Positions 39,410 to 52,723 of a stretch of DNA of 64,000 nucleotides are shown here, piece after piece. Both the position numbers and the translations under genes were made by a program. Numbering within the stretch: position 1 is the stretch's first letter; the number at the start of each line of letters is the position of its first letter. This DNA is from Octopus sinensis (lineage: Eukaryota): NCBI RefSeq assembly GCF_006345805.1, contig NC_043000.1:115630001-115694000 (forward strand), written 5' to 3'. Under the pieces are notes generated by a model. The model was not told the origin of the DNA. It did not search any database and saw only the letters and a program-made list of their open reading frames with translations.

Positions 39410-39785
39410 TGCGCAAGTGCAGCATCTTTAGTTACTATAGAAACAAACTTCTTAGCCACGGTGATGTCTAAAATACTCGTTCCGTGGTGGTAGGCTCCTC
39501 ATCTGGGACGCCATATGCTCTTACACGTTCTCCAGCGGGAATTTGCTGTTCTCAGCTACCAACGCAGGCTCCGTTGCTCGTCAGGCTGGGAAAAGCAAAC
39601 TTTCAAAGTATCGGTCTCTCTCTGGCAGGTTTCCGGTCGAGCTTGTGGCAGTTGAGACCTGTCTTTGCTCACAGCCATCGGGGCAGAGATTGCTGCCCGC
39701 AAGTGCGAGCCTCATCGCAGCACATTTTCCTTGCTATCCTAAGGGAGCAACACCATTTCCATTTTGTCTGCTGGTGCCATGAAAA
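39410..39785 (+). mobile_element. CRE-like retrotransposon restriction-like endonuclease (RLE) fragment
   Basis: GRLLIWDAICSYTFSSGNLLFSATNAGSVARQAGKSKLSKYRSLSGRFPVELVAVET matches the CRE-type GR.L.WD.T...T......AG..A..AE..K..KY..L......P.AVET block; frameshifted ends. Confidence 0.75.
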
Positions 39786-40451
39786 ATGTTTCTATATTGT
39801 GAAAAACAAAATTCTCCGTTAATCCATCAAACACAATATAAGATTATCCACTACCGTTACTATATTCCCAGAAGCTATTGATATTCTGCCAACTCCTGTG
39901 TGGTCGTCGATACTTGGTGGCGGTTGGGAAGCTTGTATTGTGGTTCTTTTGGGCAGGATGTATGGATATCCCCTTCCCTCTCGTCTCATGTCTTGGAATT
40001 TGGTTTTTCTGATTGGAGAAATAAATCCAAATTATTTATCCCGTTCATAACTGAATATAGCTTTTGCATCGGAATTCCTTGAGGATTTGCAAAGTAGGAG
40101 AAAATAAATCAATTTTCTCCAACGCAGTTTTGTGAAGACTTACCTCCCTTATATATCGAGAAAGGGGCGTTGAGATTACCGATAGATATACAAGTTTTCC
40201 CATACTAATGGTTATAAAAATCAACGTTACACAGAAACACGCTCTCATATACTTATACACTCAGAACCAACATTCATATCTGTCATAGAAACATAAATCT
40301 CGTAAACACACAAACATATAGAGACATATACAAATGTCACACCATTTTATAGTCTGGTTTTATCATCAACATAACTAAAGAAGAAAGTCGAGCGAGTAAT
40401 AGCAAAAACAGAAGATTTAAAATAAGTAACTTTGAGCCTGTTTGGCGTGTT

Positions 40452-40544
40452 CTCGCGATAGCTCAGTTGGTAGAGCGGAGGACTGTAGTGTATTAATCAA
40501 AGGCTGTTATCCTTAGGTCGGTGGTTCGAATCCGTCTCGCGAGA
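40452..40544 (+). tRNA. trnY: tRNA-Tyr(GTA), 20-nt intron 40489-40508 (copy 1)
   Basis: CTCGCGATAGCTCAGTTGGTAGAGCGGAGGACTGTAG|intron|ATCCTTAGGTCGGTGGTTCGAATCCGTCTCGCGAGA; perfect acceptor stem, C1:G72 and A73, immediate T-run terminator. Confidence 0.95.
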
Positions 40545-40708
40545 TTTTTTGTTGTTCCTTATATATATGTGTTATATCTACCTTGTTTCTGTTACGTCTC
40601 GTATTTTTTCTGTTACTGATCAAATGTTGTCGAGGTTTTAATGCTTTAAAGTTTTTCCAAGTCGATGATATCGTTCGCAAGATTTCTGTTACTTATCAAT
40701 AACGTGTT

Positions 40709-40800
40709 CTCGAAATAGCTCAGTTGGTAGAGCGGAGGACTGTAATGGTTTATCAAGAATTGTTATTCTTAGGTCGGTGGTTCGAATCCGTCGCGCGAGG
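40709..40800 (+). pseudogene. trnY: tRNA-Tyr(GTA) pseudogene, 19-nt intron (copy 2)
   Basis: Three acceptor-stem mismatches (CTCGAAA/GCGCGAG), G73, A37. Confidence 0.85.
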
Positions 40801-41319
40801 TCATTTTTTTTGTTTTTATTCGTAATATATACTTATTTTATTTTAATAATGCAGCGAACCTTCAGAATCGTTAGCACGCCGGACAGAATGCTTAACGGCA
40901 TTTTGTTCGTCATTATGTGTTCATCCTTTCGGGTCGATGAAATAAATGCCAATTTTGCACTAGGGTCGATGTAATCGATTAGCTCATTTACTCCAGATTC
41001 CTGGCCTTGTGTCTATAAGAAGAATTATTAGCAGAAGGAAGGTGGCAAGCTGTAGAATTATTGGCGCGCCGGGGAAAATACTTAGCAAACATTTCGTCCG
41101 TGTTTATGGTTGCCTTTCATCCTTTCGGGATCGATAAATAAGTACCAGCTACGCATTGGGGTCTATGCAATCGACTGAATCCTCTGCCAAAGAAAATTTC
41201 AGGCCTGTGCCAGAATTTAAAACCATTCCTCATAAAAGACAGTAACAAATCACGTGATTAATGAGAACAAAAACAGAACTGGTAGTAATATATACTATTT
41301 TGATCCTACAGGCTACGTT

Positions 41320-41411
41320 CTCGCGATAGCTCAGTTGGTAGAGCGGAGGACTGTAGTGAGTTGTTAAGAGCTGTAATCCTTAGGTCGGTGGTTCGAATCC
41401 GTCTCGCGAGA
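41320..41411 (+). tRNA. trnY: tRNA-Tyr(GTA), 19-nt intron 41357-41375 (copy 3)
   Basis: Exons identical to copy 1; T-run terminator about 12 nt downstream. Confidence 0.95.
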
Positions 41412-43019
41412 TCTGTTATTTAATTTTTTTTCTTCACTCTCATGGTCGTTATATCTACTTGTTTCTGTTACTGATCAAATGTTGACAAGGTTTCCATGGT
41501 ATCATTCGGATGATTTCTGTAATTAATCAATATTCGTTTACCGATAAGACGGCGAGCTTGCAGAAGCATTAGCATCCCGAGCAAAATGTTTAGCGGCATT
41601 TTGCTCGTCTTTACGTTCTGAGTTCAAACTCTGCCGAGGTCGAATTTCCCTTTTGTTCTTACTGGATCAATAAAATAAGTACCAGTTGATCATTGGGGTC
41701 GACTACATCGACTTACTTCTCTCCTTAAATTTTCTGACCGTGTGCCAAAATTTGAAGCCAGTATTCGTCGAATTGCTAAGTTCTCTTTCGAGCGACCTAC
41801 CGTGTGGCAGAGACTGCCAAGTCTACAAAATGTATGTAAACGTAGAAAATTGCGGTAAAATTTCGGAGAAATCGGGAACATAAAAACATCATAGTTTTCT
41901 TGAAATACCGAAACGAAAACGAAGTGGTACTACAGTGAACTCAAACAAGAAATCTGTATTTCTACTGGTTTTTATACGTAGTTATGTTTTACAATTAATA
42001 TATTGTATATGTGTGGGTATACAACCTTCAACAAAGTAACAGTCATGTATACAGCTTGAACAGACACATATCAGTACATAAACATACGTTCACATGTACA
42101 TACACATGTACACACACACAGACACGTCTACACACTTACCCAAATACTCACGTACATAAGTACATATGTACATACATACATACATACGTACGTACGTACA
42201 TACATGCGTATAGGCATGCACACATGCATACGCATGTATACATATGTATACGCACATGTACACAGACATACATACGCACATACATACATACATACATACA
42301 TACATACATACATACGCACACATACATACATACATACATACATACATACATACATACATACATACATACATACATACATACATACATACGTACTTATATA
42401 TATCATGAACTAATTGTTACTTTCTCAGATGCGGCTCGGAATTTTGTCAGTGAACAGGTCGCGGTCTCAAAGCGACGAAAATATTTTGACAAATTAAATT
42501 TAAATGTTGAAGTGAATCTGATGGATTTTGTGTGTTTCTTAAAATGGCTTTATAAACACCTTCCACGCTGCATATTTTAAACTTTTTTAATGAAATACTT
42601 TGAAATTATCTCCATGTCTTTTTCTCGTAATACACACTTTAAAATGGAAGCATTATTTCACTTTTAAGCATCTTAAAATCAATGCTTTTCAATGTTGCTT
42701 CAAATTGTATACTTATAAGTTATTTAAATGCTTTTCAGTTCTCCTCATATCCGTGCTTTTAAAATAAAAGATTATTCTATCTCATTAATAAACAATACTC
42801 TGTTTTCGTTTCGGCATTTCACGTAAACTATAGGGTTTTATACAATCCCATTTCATCAATATTACGCCGTGTTTCTCCACATTTACCCTAAGGTAATTCA
42901 CGTGTGTTTTATTTTTCCCCGTCAGATTCTGAAAAGGAATTGAAAATATTAAATTGGAAAGAAAGTCCTGTCTCATTAGGTAAGAATGAACTGTTTCTTT
43001 TGTGTTAATTGATGTATTT

Positions 43020-43250
43020 AATCAAGATAATAATTTCTCTTCTTTATTGATAACATGATCCCTTCCACTTGGCAAGCTGTTGATCCCTCGAGCGTAATTT
43101 TCTTTAGGTCTCAAAGGAACACTTAATATCATTTTTAACCTGTCACAGTTAATAAACTGTTTTCCTTTCATATAATGTTGCAATGGTCTGAAAAGATGGA
43201 TAGTCAGATGTAGCAAGGCCAGGAAAGTAAGGAGCATGAGGTTATACTTT
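43020..43250 (-). mobile_element. Mariner transposase C-terminal remnant
   Basis: ORF 43022-43237: HLFRPLQHYMKGKQF...ENYARGINSLPSGRDHVI, resembling mariner HLFRSLQ..L.GK.F...FY..GI..LP.RW..VI. Confidence 0.72.
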
Positions 43251-43269
43251 ATAACCTCGTGCTACGTTA

Positions 43270-43675
43270 TGGCGACGAGCTGGCAGAAACGTTAGCACGT
43301 CGGGCGAAATGCTTACCGGTATTTCGTCTGCCGTTACGTTCTGAGTTCAAATTCCGCCGAGGTCGACTTTGCCTTTTATCCTTTAAAGCCGATTAAATAA
43401 GTACTAGTTACGCACTGGGGTCAATGTAATCGACTTAATCCGTTTGTTTGTCCTATCTATGTTTAACCCCTTGTGGGTAGTAAAAAAATAGGTATTTCGT
43501 CTGCTGTTACGTTCTGAGTTCAAATTCCGCCGCGGTCGACTTTGCCTTTCATCCTTTCGGGGTCGATTAAATAAGTACCAGTTACGCACTGGGGTCGATA
43601 TAATCGACTTAATCCTTTTGTCTGTCCTTGTTTGTCCCCTCTATCTTTAGTTCCTTGTGGGTAGTAAAGAAATAT
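43270..43675 (+). mobile_element. SINE family A head-to-tail dimer
   Basis: Junction gtaaaaaaatag|gtatttcgtc at about 43490. Confidence 0.85.
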
Positions 43676-44964
43676 GAGGTTATACTTCCATATTTAGTGC
43701 CGTAACCTTTTCGTATGTGACCCAAGCAGTGTGCGTGTCTTATATTATCGCGTAAGATTAACACATGAAGGTGTGTGGCATGGTGGTTAAGGAATTCGCT
43801 CACAATCGTTACGTCGTGAGTTGGAATACTGGAAATGCGTTCTGTCCTTGAGCAAGACACTTTACTTCATCGCTTATCTTTTTTTTGTTATCCTTATCGA
43901 AGAATTTTTAGTAGAATGAATCGATCCCCTGAACTTATATTTTTTAAAATCCTGGTACTTATTTTGGTCTTTTGCCGAACCGCTAAGTTACAGGGACGTA
44001 AACACACCGACACCAGTTGTCAAGCTGTGGCCGACACACACACACACACACACACACGCGCGCCCGCTCGACCGCACGCGACAGACTTCTTTCATTTTCC
44101 GTCTGTCAAATCCACTCACAAGTCTTTGGTTAGCCTGAGGCTATTGTCTAAGACACTTACCAAAGGTGCTACACCGTGGGACAGAACTCGGAACCATGTG
44201 GTTCAGAAGCAGACTCCTTACCAGGCAACCACTCCTAAGTTTTAGAATCACTTCTCACCACGTACAAGACTAATTATTCAAAACTAGTCAGACGTATAAC
44301 CGGCTCCATTAAAAACTTTGTATTACAGGTATATTTTTCTTTATCGCTCTTCTAATATTTTCTGTATTATTTATCGATTTTTGATGAATGATTAGTAGAC
44401 TTAGTTACGGCGTGCTTTGAATTCATTAACTAGAAATATGCTATTAATTACTGTCATTCCTTTAATTAGGTTTTCCTGTGTTTCTCACAGTTTGCCATAC
44501 CTATTTTCGTTCAAAACAACACAAATAAAAACATTAAAAATACTAGTAATAAATTACTGCCATTTTCCCCCCAAAATTTGCGCAATTCTAACTGTAGGAG
44601 TTTTTATCTATTAATTGTACGGTTATTTTTTTTAAACTGTGTATATTCTTTTCTACTCTTGGTACAAGGCCCGAAAATTTTGGGGAGGGGGCCAGTCGAT
44701 TAGATCGACTCCAGTACGCAACTGGTACTTAATTTAAAGACACCGAAAGGATGAAAGGTAAAGTCGCCCGCAGCGGAATTTGAACTGAGAGTGTAGCAAC
44801 AGACGAAAAAAACGATAACCATTTCGCCCGGCGCGCGAACGATTCTGCCAGCTCGTCGCCTTAACTATTCCTTTCCAATCTAGGCACAAGGCCCGTAACT
44901 TTTGCAGAGGAGATCAGTCGATTTGATCGACCCAAGTACGCAACTGGTACTTAATTCATATGAA

Positions 44965-45915
<951 letters not shown>

Positions 45916-48060
45916 TATACAACATAAGAAAAATAATGAGAAAAGTTTGAAATATATAGTTTTTGCGTGATTGAAACAAGTTTAACTTCTAAACATAAGG
46001 GAGAACAGTTTAATCTGTGTGTTTGTATGAATGAAAAATATAAAAAAAAATGTAAAGACACGTTTTCACAGAATAAATGTTTCTGTATTATAGTTCAACT
46101 GAAAGTATATAAGTATACGCATCTTTATGGTGAGTTTGACTAATAAATAACATATGAAATATATATCCCATAAGAGAGAAGGATGGAAGGGAGCAAGGAA
46201 TTAAAAAACAATAAATAAATTAACGCTACTTCGTGTCTTTTGTGTAATAAAAGGTTATAGTGTATACATTTTTGAGTTTTGCAGCTAAATGGGTTTTTTT
46301 TTTGTAGTAGAAGGAAGAAGTCACATTTAACTGACCTGGATTTGTGTGGTAAATAGCTTGCTTACCAACCATATGGTTCCAGGTTCGGTCAGATTGCGTC
46401 ACACTCTGTGCCACGCTGAATCTCCCCGAGAACTACATTAAGGCTACACGTGTCTGTGGAGTGCTCAGCCACTTGCACGTTAATTTCACGAGCAAGCTGT
46501 TCCGTTGTCGTAACCGACGGAGTACTTCGACTTGTAGCAGCCATTAGAATACGGTCATACTGGGGCACCACCTTGAAGAATTTTTTAATCGAATGTATCA
46601 ACTCCTGTACTTATCTTTTTTTAAAGCCTCGTATTTATTCTATCGGCCTCTTTGCCGAACCGCTAAGTTACGGGGACGTAAACACACCAAAAATCAGTTG
46701 TGAAGCGGTGGAGGTGGGTACAAACACAGACGCAAAGACACCAAGACACACACATACTCACACACACGCACACTCACACACTCACGCACTCACGCACACA
46801 TACGCACACACACACACTCCCATACACACACACTCACATACGCACACACTCATACACTCACTCTCACAGAAACACACACGGACGAGCGCGCGCGCACACA
46901 CACACACAAACATTCACACACACACATACACACTCACAACATACACACACACGGACGCACGCACACACACACGCTCACACACCACACACACACACACTCT
47001 CTCACACACACAGAGTGTAGCCTCGTGCCGACCAAGGCCTTGTCGGTGGATTTGGTCGACGGATATTGAAAGCCTGTGTGCGTGCCTCTGTACACACACA
47101 CACATACACACACACATACAAACACATATATATGAACATACACACGCGCACGCACACACACGTACCATTGCAGTTTGGCAAAAGAGACCGACAGAATAAG
47201 TACCATGTTTTACAAAGAAATAAGTCCTGGGGTATATTCGTTCGACGAAAATTCTCGAAGGCGGTGCCCCAGCATGGCCGCAGTCAAATGATTGAAGCAC
47301 GTAAAAGCTAAAAGTTCATATCAAAGTCACCTGACACCAACATCCCGAATCTAACGCATTATTCGTTTTCCGATTCGATGCGATTATGGCTTTTGTTATC
47401 TTCACGAAAGAAGACTTTCCTTTTCGATTATTTCCTCTTGGAAAGCTCTTTACATATCGAGAATATATTGGCAATAATTTACTTTCGAATCAATTTCGGT
47501 AAATCCAATTTTCCCCCGTTAATCATTTATGGTTTTGTTCTTTATGATATACATCAAATATCTCTTAAAAAAAAAAAATCCCAACAAAACAGTCGTTGTT
47601 ACTCTATTTTCAATGTATCTTCTTCATCGCTTTTAATAATTTATCAGATTCCAAATACTTGAAACTTTTCGTATTCCTGGTCGCCATATCTCTTCTTCTC
47701 ATTCAAAATTCATTCTTAAGATGTTTTCTTTTGTATGTCTTTGCAACAGGAGTTTAAATTACCGATTGTTGAGTGGAATTTGGGCAATGCTTCAAGTAGT
47801 GCTATACATTTTCTTTCACTATCAGCATTGTTCTCGTTACTGCTCTCAGCCATTTTCCTATTCTATAAAGAACCTGAACTTATTTTCTGCTTCCAAGTCT
47901 CGTTCTAAGGCCGAATATTTTGCTGATCTTTAAAGCATCTAAGTAGGTGGTTCGGTTAGAATTTTCCCGTACCCTGAGAGGACTGCATTAAGGAGGCCAA
48001 CAAGAATAAGAGGAGAAGATATGCTGGGCTGGAGTTTTGCCAAAGTACTGGGTAGCAAAC

Positions 48061-48381
48061 GTGGAGGCACATGGCATAGTGGTTAGAGCAGCGGACTTGC
48101 GGTCGAAGGATCGTGGGTTCGAATCTCAAACCGGGCGATATGTGTGTGTGTTTATGAGCGAAACACTTAATCTCAACGCGGCTCCGGCAGGAGGTAATGG
48201 CGAACTTCTGCTGAATCTTTCGCCATAACTTTCTCTCACTCCTTCCTCCTGCATCTAGCAGCTCACCTGCGACGGACCGGCGTCCCGTCCAGGTGGGGAA
48301 CCTATACGCCAAGGAAACCGGGAAACCGGCCCCTATGAGCCAGGCATGGCTCGAGAAGGACCAAAAAAAACAACAACAACA
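48061..48381 (+). mobile_element. SINE family C, (CAA)n tail variant
   Basis: Head gtggaggcacatggcatagtggttagagcagcggacttgcgg; tail ...ggctcgagaaggacc-(A)n-(CAA)n. Confidence 0.8.
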
Positions 48382-48715
48382 ATGGGTGGCAAACAAGGTG
48401 TGGATCCCATCGAGGTGGGATGCAGAGGGATTGCACACCAGTCCTTCGGCAGAGCTAACATGCTTGACATCACTGGGGCAAATAGTCAGACGACCATGAA
48501 GTTGGCTGTGGAAGCAACGGAGGCTGTTTCAAAGTGGTTTTGGATCAGGAAGTGCAGGTCTTGGAAGAAACAAGGCTAGTGCTAACTGAATACAAGATAG
48601 AGTTGGATTAATCCCGGTTGGATTATCTGAATGAGAGTGTTTGATGATGAAAGCGCCACAACACCCAGGAAACACCAGCTGATGATGTGTCCAGGAGCAT
48701 CACAGGATGATGCAT
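48382..48715 (+). mobile_element. HERO-like (RLE-type) non-LTR retrotransposon 3' fragment with 3' UTR
   Basis: DPIEVGCRGIAHQSFGRANMLDITG....MKLAVEATEAVSKWFWIRK matches the HERO C-terminus P.EVGCRGF..QS....LG.TG......EAAE.AS.WLW.KR. The 3' UTR ending ...ctgatgatgtgtcc follows. Confidence 0.72.
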
Positions 48716-48799
48716 GGAAAAATCTTTACTTCGGTCAAGAAATCCCTCTTCCAACATTTTCGCTGTTTTTCATATATGTCCGACAGGTGGAGTAGTCTT

Positions 48800-49220
48800 C
48801 TTATTTCTTTACTACCCACAAGGGGCTAAACACAGAGAGGACAAACAAGGACAGACAAACGGATTAAGTCGATTATATCGACCCCAGTGCGTAACTGATA
48901 CTTATTTAATCGACCCCGAAAGGATGAAAGGCAAAGTCGACCTCGGCGGACTTTGAACTCAGAACGTAGCGGAAGACGAAATACCTATTTCTTTACTACC
49001 CACAAGGGGCTAAACACAGAGAGGACAAACAAGGACAGGCAAACGGATTAAGTCGATTATATCGACTACAGTGCGTAACTGGTATTTATTTAATCGACCC
49101 CGAAAGGATGAAAGGCAAAGTCGACCTCGGCGGAATTTGAACTCAGAACGTAGAGCCAGACGAAATACCGCTAAGCATTTCGCCCGGCGTGCTAACGATT
49201 CTGCCAGCTCGCCGCCTTTA
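48800..49220 (-). mobile_element. SINE family A head-to-tail dimer
   Basis: Junction gaaatacc|tatttc at about 48986. Confidence 0.85.
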
Positions 49221-49995
49221 TTTTATTTCTGATGTAATAAACACCATTCTAAAACAGCTTTCAAATGGCTACGAGCGAGGGGAAAAAGGGGGAAGAAGTC
49301 CGAAAACTCTATGTTGCAGAACGTTCATAACCGACAAAAGAGAGCCTGCTGTCATATGTCCGGATACAGAGGGAATCACAAGCAGCAGAAACCAATAGTC
49401 AACTTGCTGTGCAATCTTCTGAAGAGCACGGGCGAAAGTGAAACTAAACTAACATCTCTGAGAACCCATCATAGATACGCCATCATTAGCAAGGTCGGTG
49501 TCATATAATTGATGTCATATAATTGCCATGTTTTGCGACATCTCAGAAGTTTATAAATCAGATTCGTTAACGCTGCTGTATAGACAGGAATATGTTATAC
49601 AGACAAATAACCAAATCTACCAAATAAAACAAACAAGAAGTTCGAGAAACGGACATGAATATAGAGAAGCAAAGCTGCAAGTTGATAATACAATTCTTTT
49701 AATCTTAGGTTCTGCTAACAAAGCTATTGAGTGAAATAGCGTCAGCAATCAAGAGTAAACAATGAAACCAAATGAATGTGTGTGATATACCAGGCTTTTG
49801 TACGTTAAAGAATGTGAATAACCTTTATAACAGAGACATAAGAATGTCAACTGGTCACTGGTGTCTGTTAATATATATATATATATATATAATAAAAGAG
49901 TCAAAAGGAAGTGTAAGTACAGTTTGACAGCTTTTTAATCACTACAAATGTTTCGATACGTTTTTAACAGAACACACATCGACTATATATATATA

Positions 49996-50041
<46 letters not shown>

Positions 50042-50044
50042 CTA

Positions 50045-50207
50045 TATAATCCAAATAAGCAACAAGGATATCCAGAGGTAATGCAGTACGATCGTTTCAT
50101 GCGATTCCATTTAATTGAACAATGCAATTCAATTAAATTAAGTGGAGTCGCATGAAACGATCGTACTGCATTACCTGTGGCTATCCTTGTTGCTTATTTG
50201 GATTATA
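50045..50207. repeat. 163-bp near-perfect palindrome/hairpin
   Basis: Outer arms of about 65 bp with 3 mismatches plus inner tttaattgaa/ttcaattaaa 10-bp stem. Confidence 0.92.
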
Positions 50208-50302
50208 ATCTCCCCATTTTGAATTATATGGATAATACCATACCAAATTCTGGTGCCTTTAACTTAAGTGCCATATTCAACTGAATCTAAATTTTACTGA
50301 AG

Positions 50303-50389
<87 letters not shown>

Positions 50390-50651
50390 GGACGATGTAA
50401 AAAGAAAACTGGACATTACAAGGTACCACTTGAAGTATTGCTCAACTTCTACTGAATAATTTCATTCTAATGGCAGGAACTTACAAAGGAAAACACCTTA
50501 AAAATTTCTCGCCGTTTTGTAAATATATTTTGGTAGTTGGGGTAGCCGTAAGCCGCAAAACATAGCCATGTAATACCAACACGATGTTCAATGGGTTTAA
50601 ATTGATGTTTGAATTAACCACACATGCATCTTAAAAACTAAGAGCTCGTTT

Positions 50652-51061
50652 GGATCTTTTCGGTTTGACCGGCAGTTTTTTAAAATAATTTCCACGTAAC
50701 TAAACACTTTTAAACTTCGTATACTGGTAGATTGTGTTTATAAAACATCTTTTTCTCTTGGCTTTATTGAGAAAATTTTATAGTTTGTAAGATATTTGTT
50801 GTTTTTTTTCTTCAATTTCTGCAATTTCAACCAATCAATGACGTCTCTTGAGATGAAAACATTCTGTGCCGCATGAATATGTCCCTCGTTTAAGAAACAG
50901 ATTGGGTTTATTTACATTTCTGGAGAAAGAAAGATACCCTTACCCCACCCCTAACCCTAAAACAGATTGATATGCAATAGATTGATACTAGGGTCATAAT
51001 TATAGGTGACAATTTCATATGAAACCGCTAGAAAAAACTGCCGGTCAAACCGAAAAGATCC
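50652..51061. mobile_element. MITE with 29-bp TIRs and a perfect 8-bp TSD (GG termini; Merlin-like, tentative)
   Basis: TIR ggatcttttcggtttgaccggcagttttt / aaaaactgccggtcaaaccgaaaagatcc; TSD gctcgttt at 50644-50651 and 51062-51069. Confidence 0.88.
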
Positions 51062-51811
51062 GCTCGTTTAAGCCAATTTCGATGTCAGTGAGATAATAAA
51101 AGCTTCTGTTTTCTGCATCATATGACAAGAAAATTCCCCTTGAAGATAAGCGTTTGTTGGTTGGAGGCGAGTAACAGCCTTTACACTATTTACTTATTAT
51201 AAGGGACTGTACTCATTTACTCTTTACTCTCTTTTACTTGTTTCAGTCATTTGACTGCGCCTTTAGTCGAGCAAATCGATCACAGGACTTATTCTTTGTA
51301 AGCCTAGTACTTGTTCTATCGGTCTCTTTTGCCAAACCGCTAAGTTACGCGGACGTAAACACATCAGCATCGGTTGTCAAGCGATGTTGGTGTGACAAAC
51401 ACAGACACATAAACGTACACTCACGCACACACACACACACATATATACGACGGGCTTCTTTCAGTTTCTGTCTACCAAATCCACTCACAAGGCTTTGGTC
51501 GGTCAGAGGCTATAGTAGAAGACGCCCAAGGTGCCACGCTGTGGGACTGAACCCGGAACTATGTGGTTCGTAAACAAGCTACTTACCACACAACCACAAC
51601 TACGCAGTAAAAATTTCCTAGTACATTCCCTTTGTTCTAATGTTGTAATATCTTGAATTATAAAGTCGAATTGTAAAGTATTTACCGTGTCTGGTCTATC
51701 AATGCTTTCTATATCCAATGAACACAGCAACGTAATTTTAAACAAATTAATCAAATGATACCAAAAGCATGACTGCTTATATAAAACAATTTTAAGGTAC
51801 ATCAGCCAGTT

Positions 51812-51903
51812 CTCGCGATAGCTCAGTTGGTAGAGCGGAGGACTGTAGAATATCATTGTCAGCTGTAATCCTTAGGTCGGTGGTTCGAATCCGTCTCGCG
51901 AGA
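51812..51903 (+). tRNA. trnY: tRNA-Tyr(GTA), 19-nt intron 51849-51867 (copy 4)
   Basis: Exons identical to copy 1; T-run at about 51909. Confidence 0.95.
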
Positions 51904-52631
51904 TCCTATTTTTTAAAATTTTCTGATGTAGTGTCACACGCTATGCTAACGATTGTGGCAGCTCACCGCCTTGTAATATTGGTTTCAAATTTTGGCACGA
52001 GGCCAGCACGTCCAGGGGTGGGGAAAATCGATTACATCGACCCCAGTACTCAGCTGGCACTTACTTTATCGACACCAGCAGAATTTGAACTCAGAAAGTA
52101 GCGACTGACGAAATGTTGCCAGTTACTTTGTTCGGTGTGCTAACGTTTCTTATTTCTTTATTGCCTACAGGGGGCTAAACACAGAGAGGACAAACAAGGA
52201 CAGACAAAGGGATTAAGTCGATTATATCAACCCCAGTGCGCAACTGGTACTTAATTTATCGGCCCCAAAAGGATGAAAAGCAAAGTCGATCTCGGCTGAA
52301 TTTGAACTCAGAACGTAGCGACGGGCGAAATATCGCGAAGCATTTCGCCCAGCGAGCTAACGATTTTGCCAGCTCGCCGCCATTGTTATTTTAATAACAT
52401 TCAATTGCTCTGTGGTATGTAATGTATGTGTAAATGTGTGTGGGCGCGTATGATGTTTGTCTCTACAATGTGTGTCAGTGTATTTGTATGTTTTCACACA
52501 ATCAAATTCACACACACAACATACCACAGAGCAACGTGGTTTCAAAGATGACATGACAGAACAACTTAATCAAGTGAGAGTAAAAAGACACAACTGTTAA
52601 TATACGTAATTTTGAAGATTTGATTCCAGTT

Positions 52632-52723
52632 CTCGCGATAGCTCAGTTGGTAGAGCGGAGGACTGTAGTAAGTTATTTAGAACTGTAATCCTTAGGTCGA
52701 TGGTTCGAATCCGTCTCGCGAGA
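52632..52723 (+). tRNA. trnY: tRNA-Tyr(GTA), 19-nt intron 52669-52687 (copy 5, A50 variant)
   Basis: T-stem GATGG/CCGTC; long T-run terminator. Confidence 0.95.

Noticed and set aside
47400-47930. Degraded LINE RT fragment on the minus strand (SFKYL-like motif); similar hint at 49330-49480
   Set aside because: Only one short motif amid many stops; too weak to list as a feature.
50948-50961. Interstitial telomere (ccctaaccctaa)
   Set aside because: Only two units, and internal to a TIR/TSD-defined MITE.
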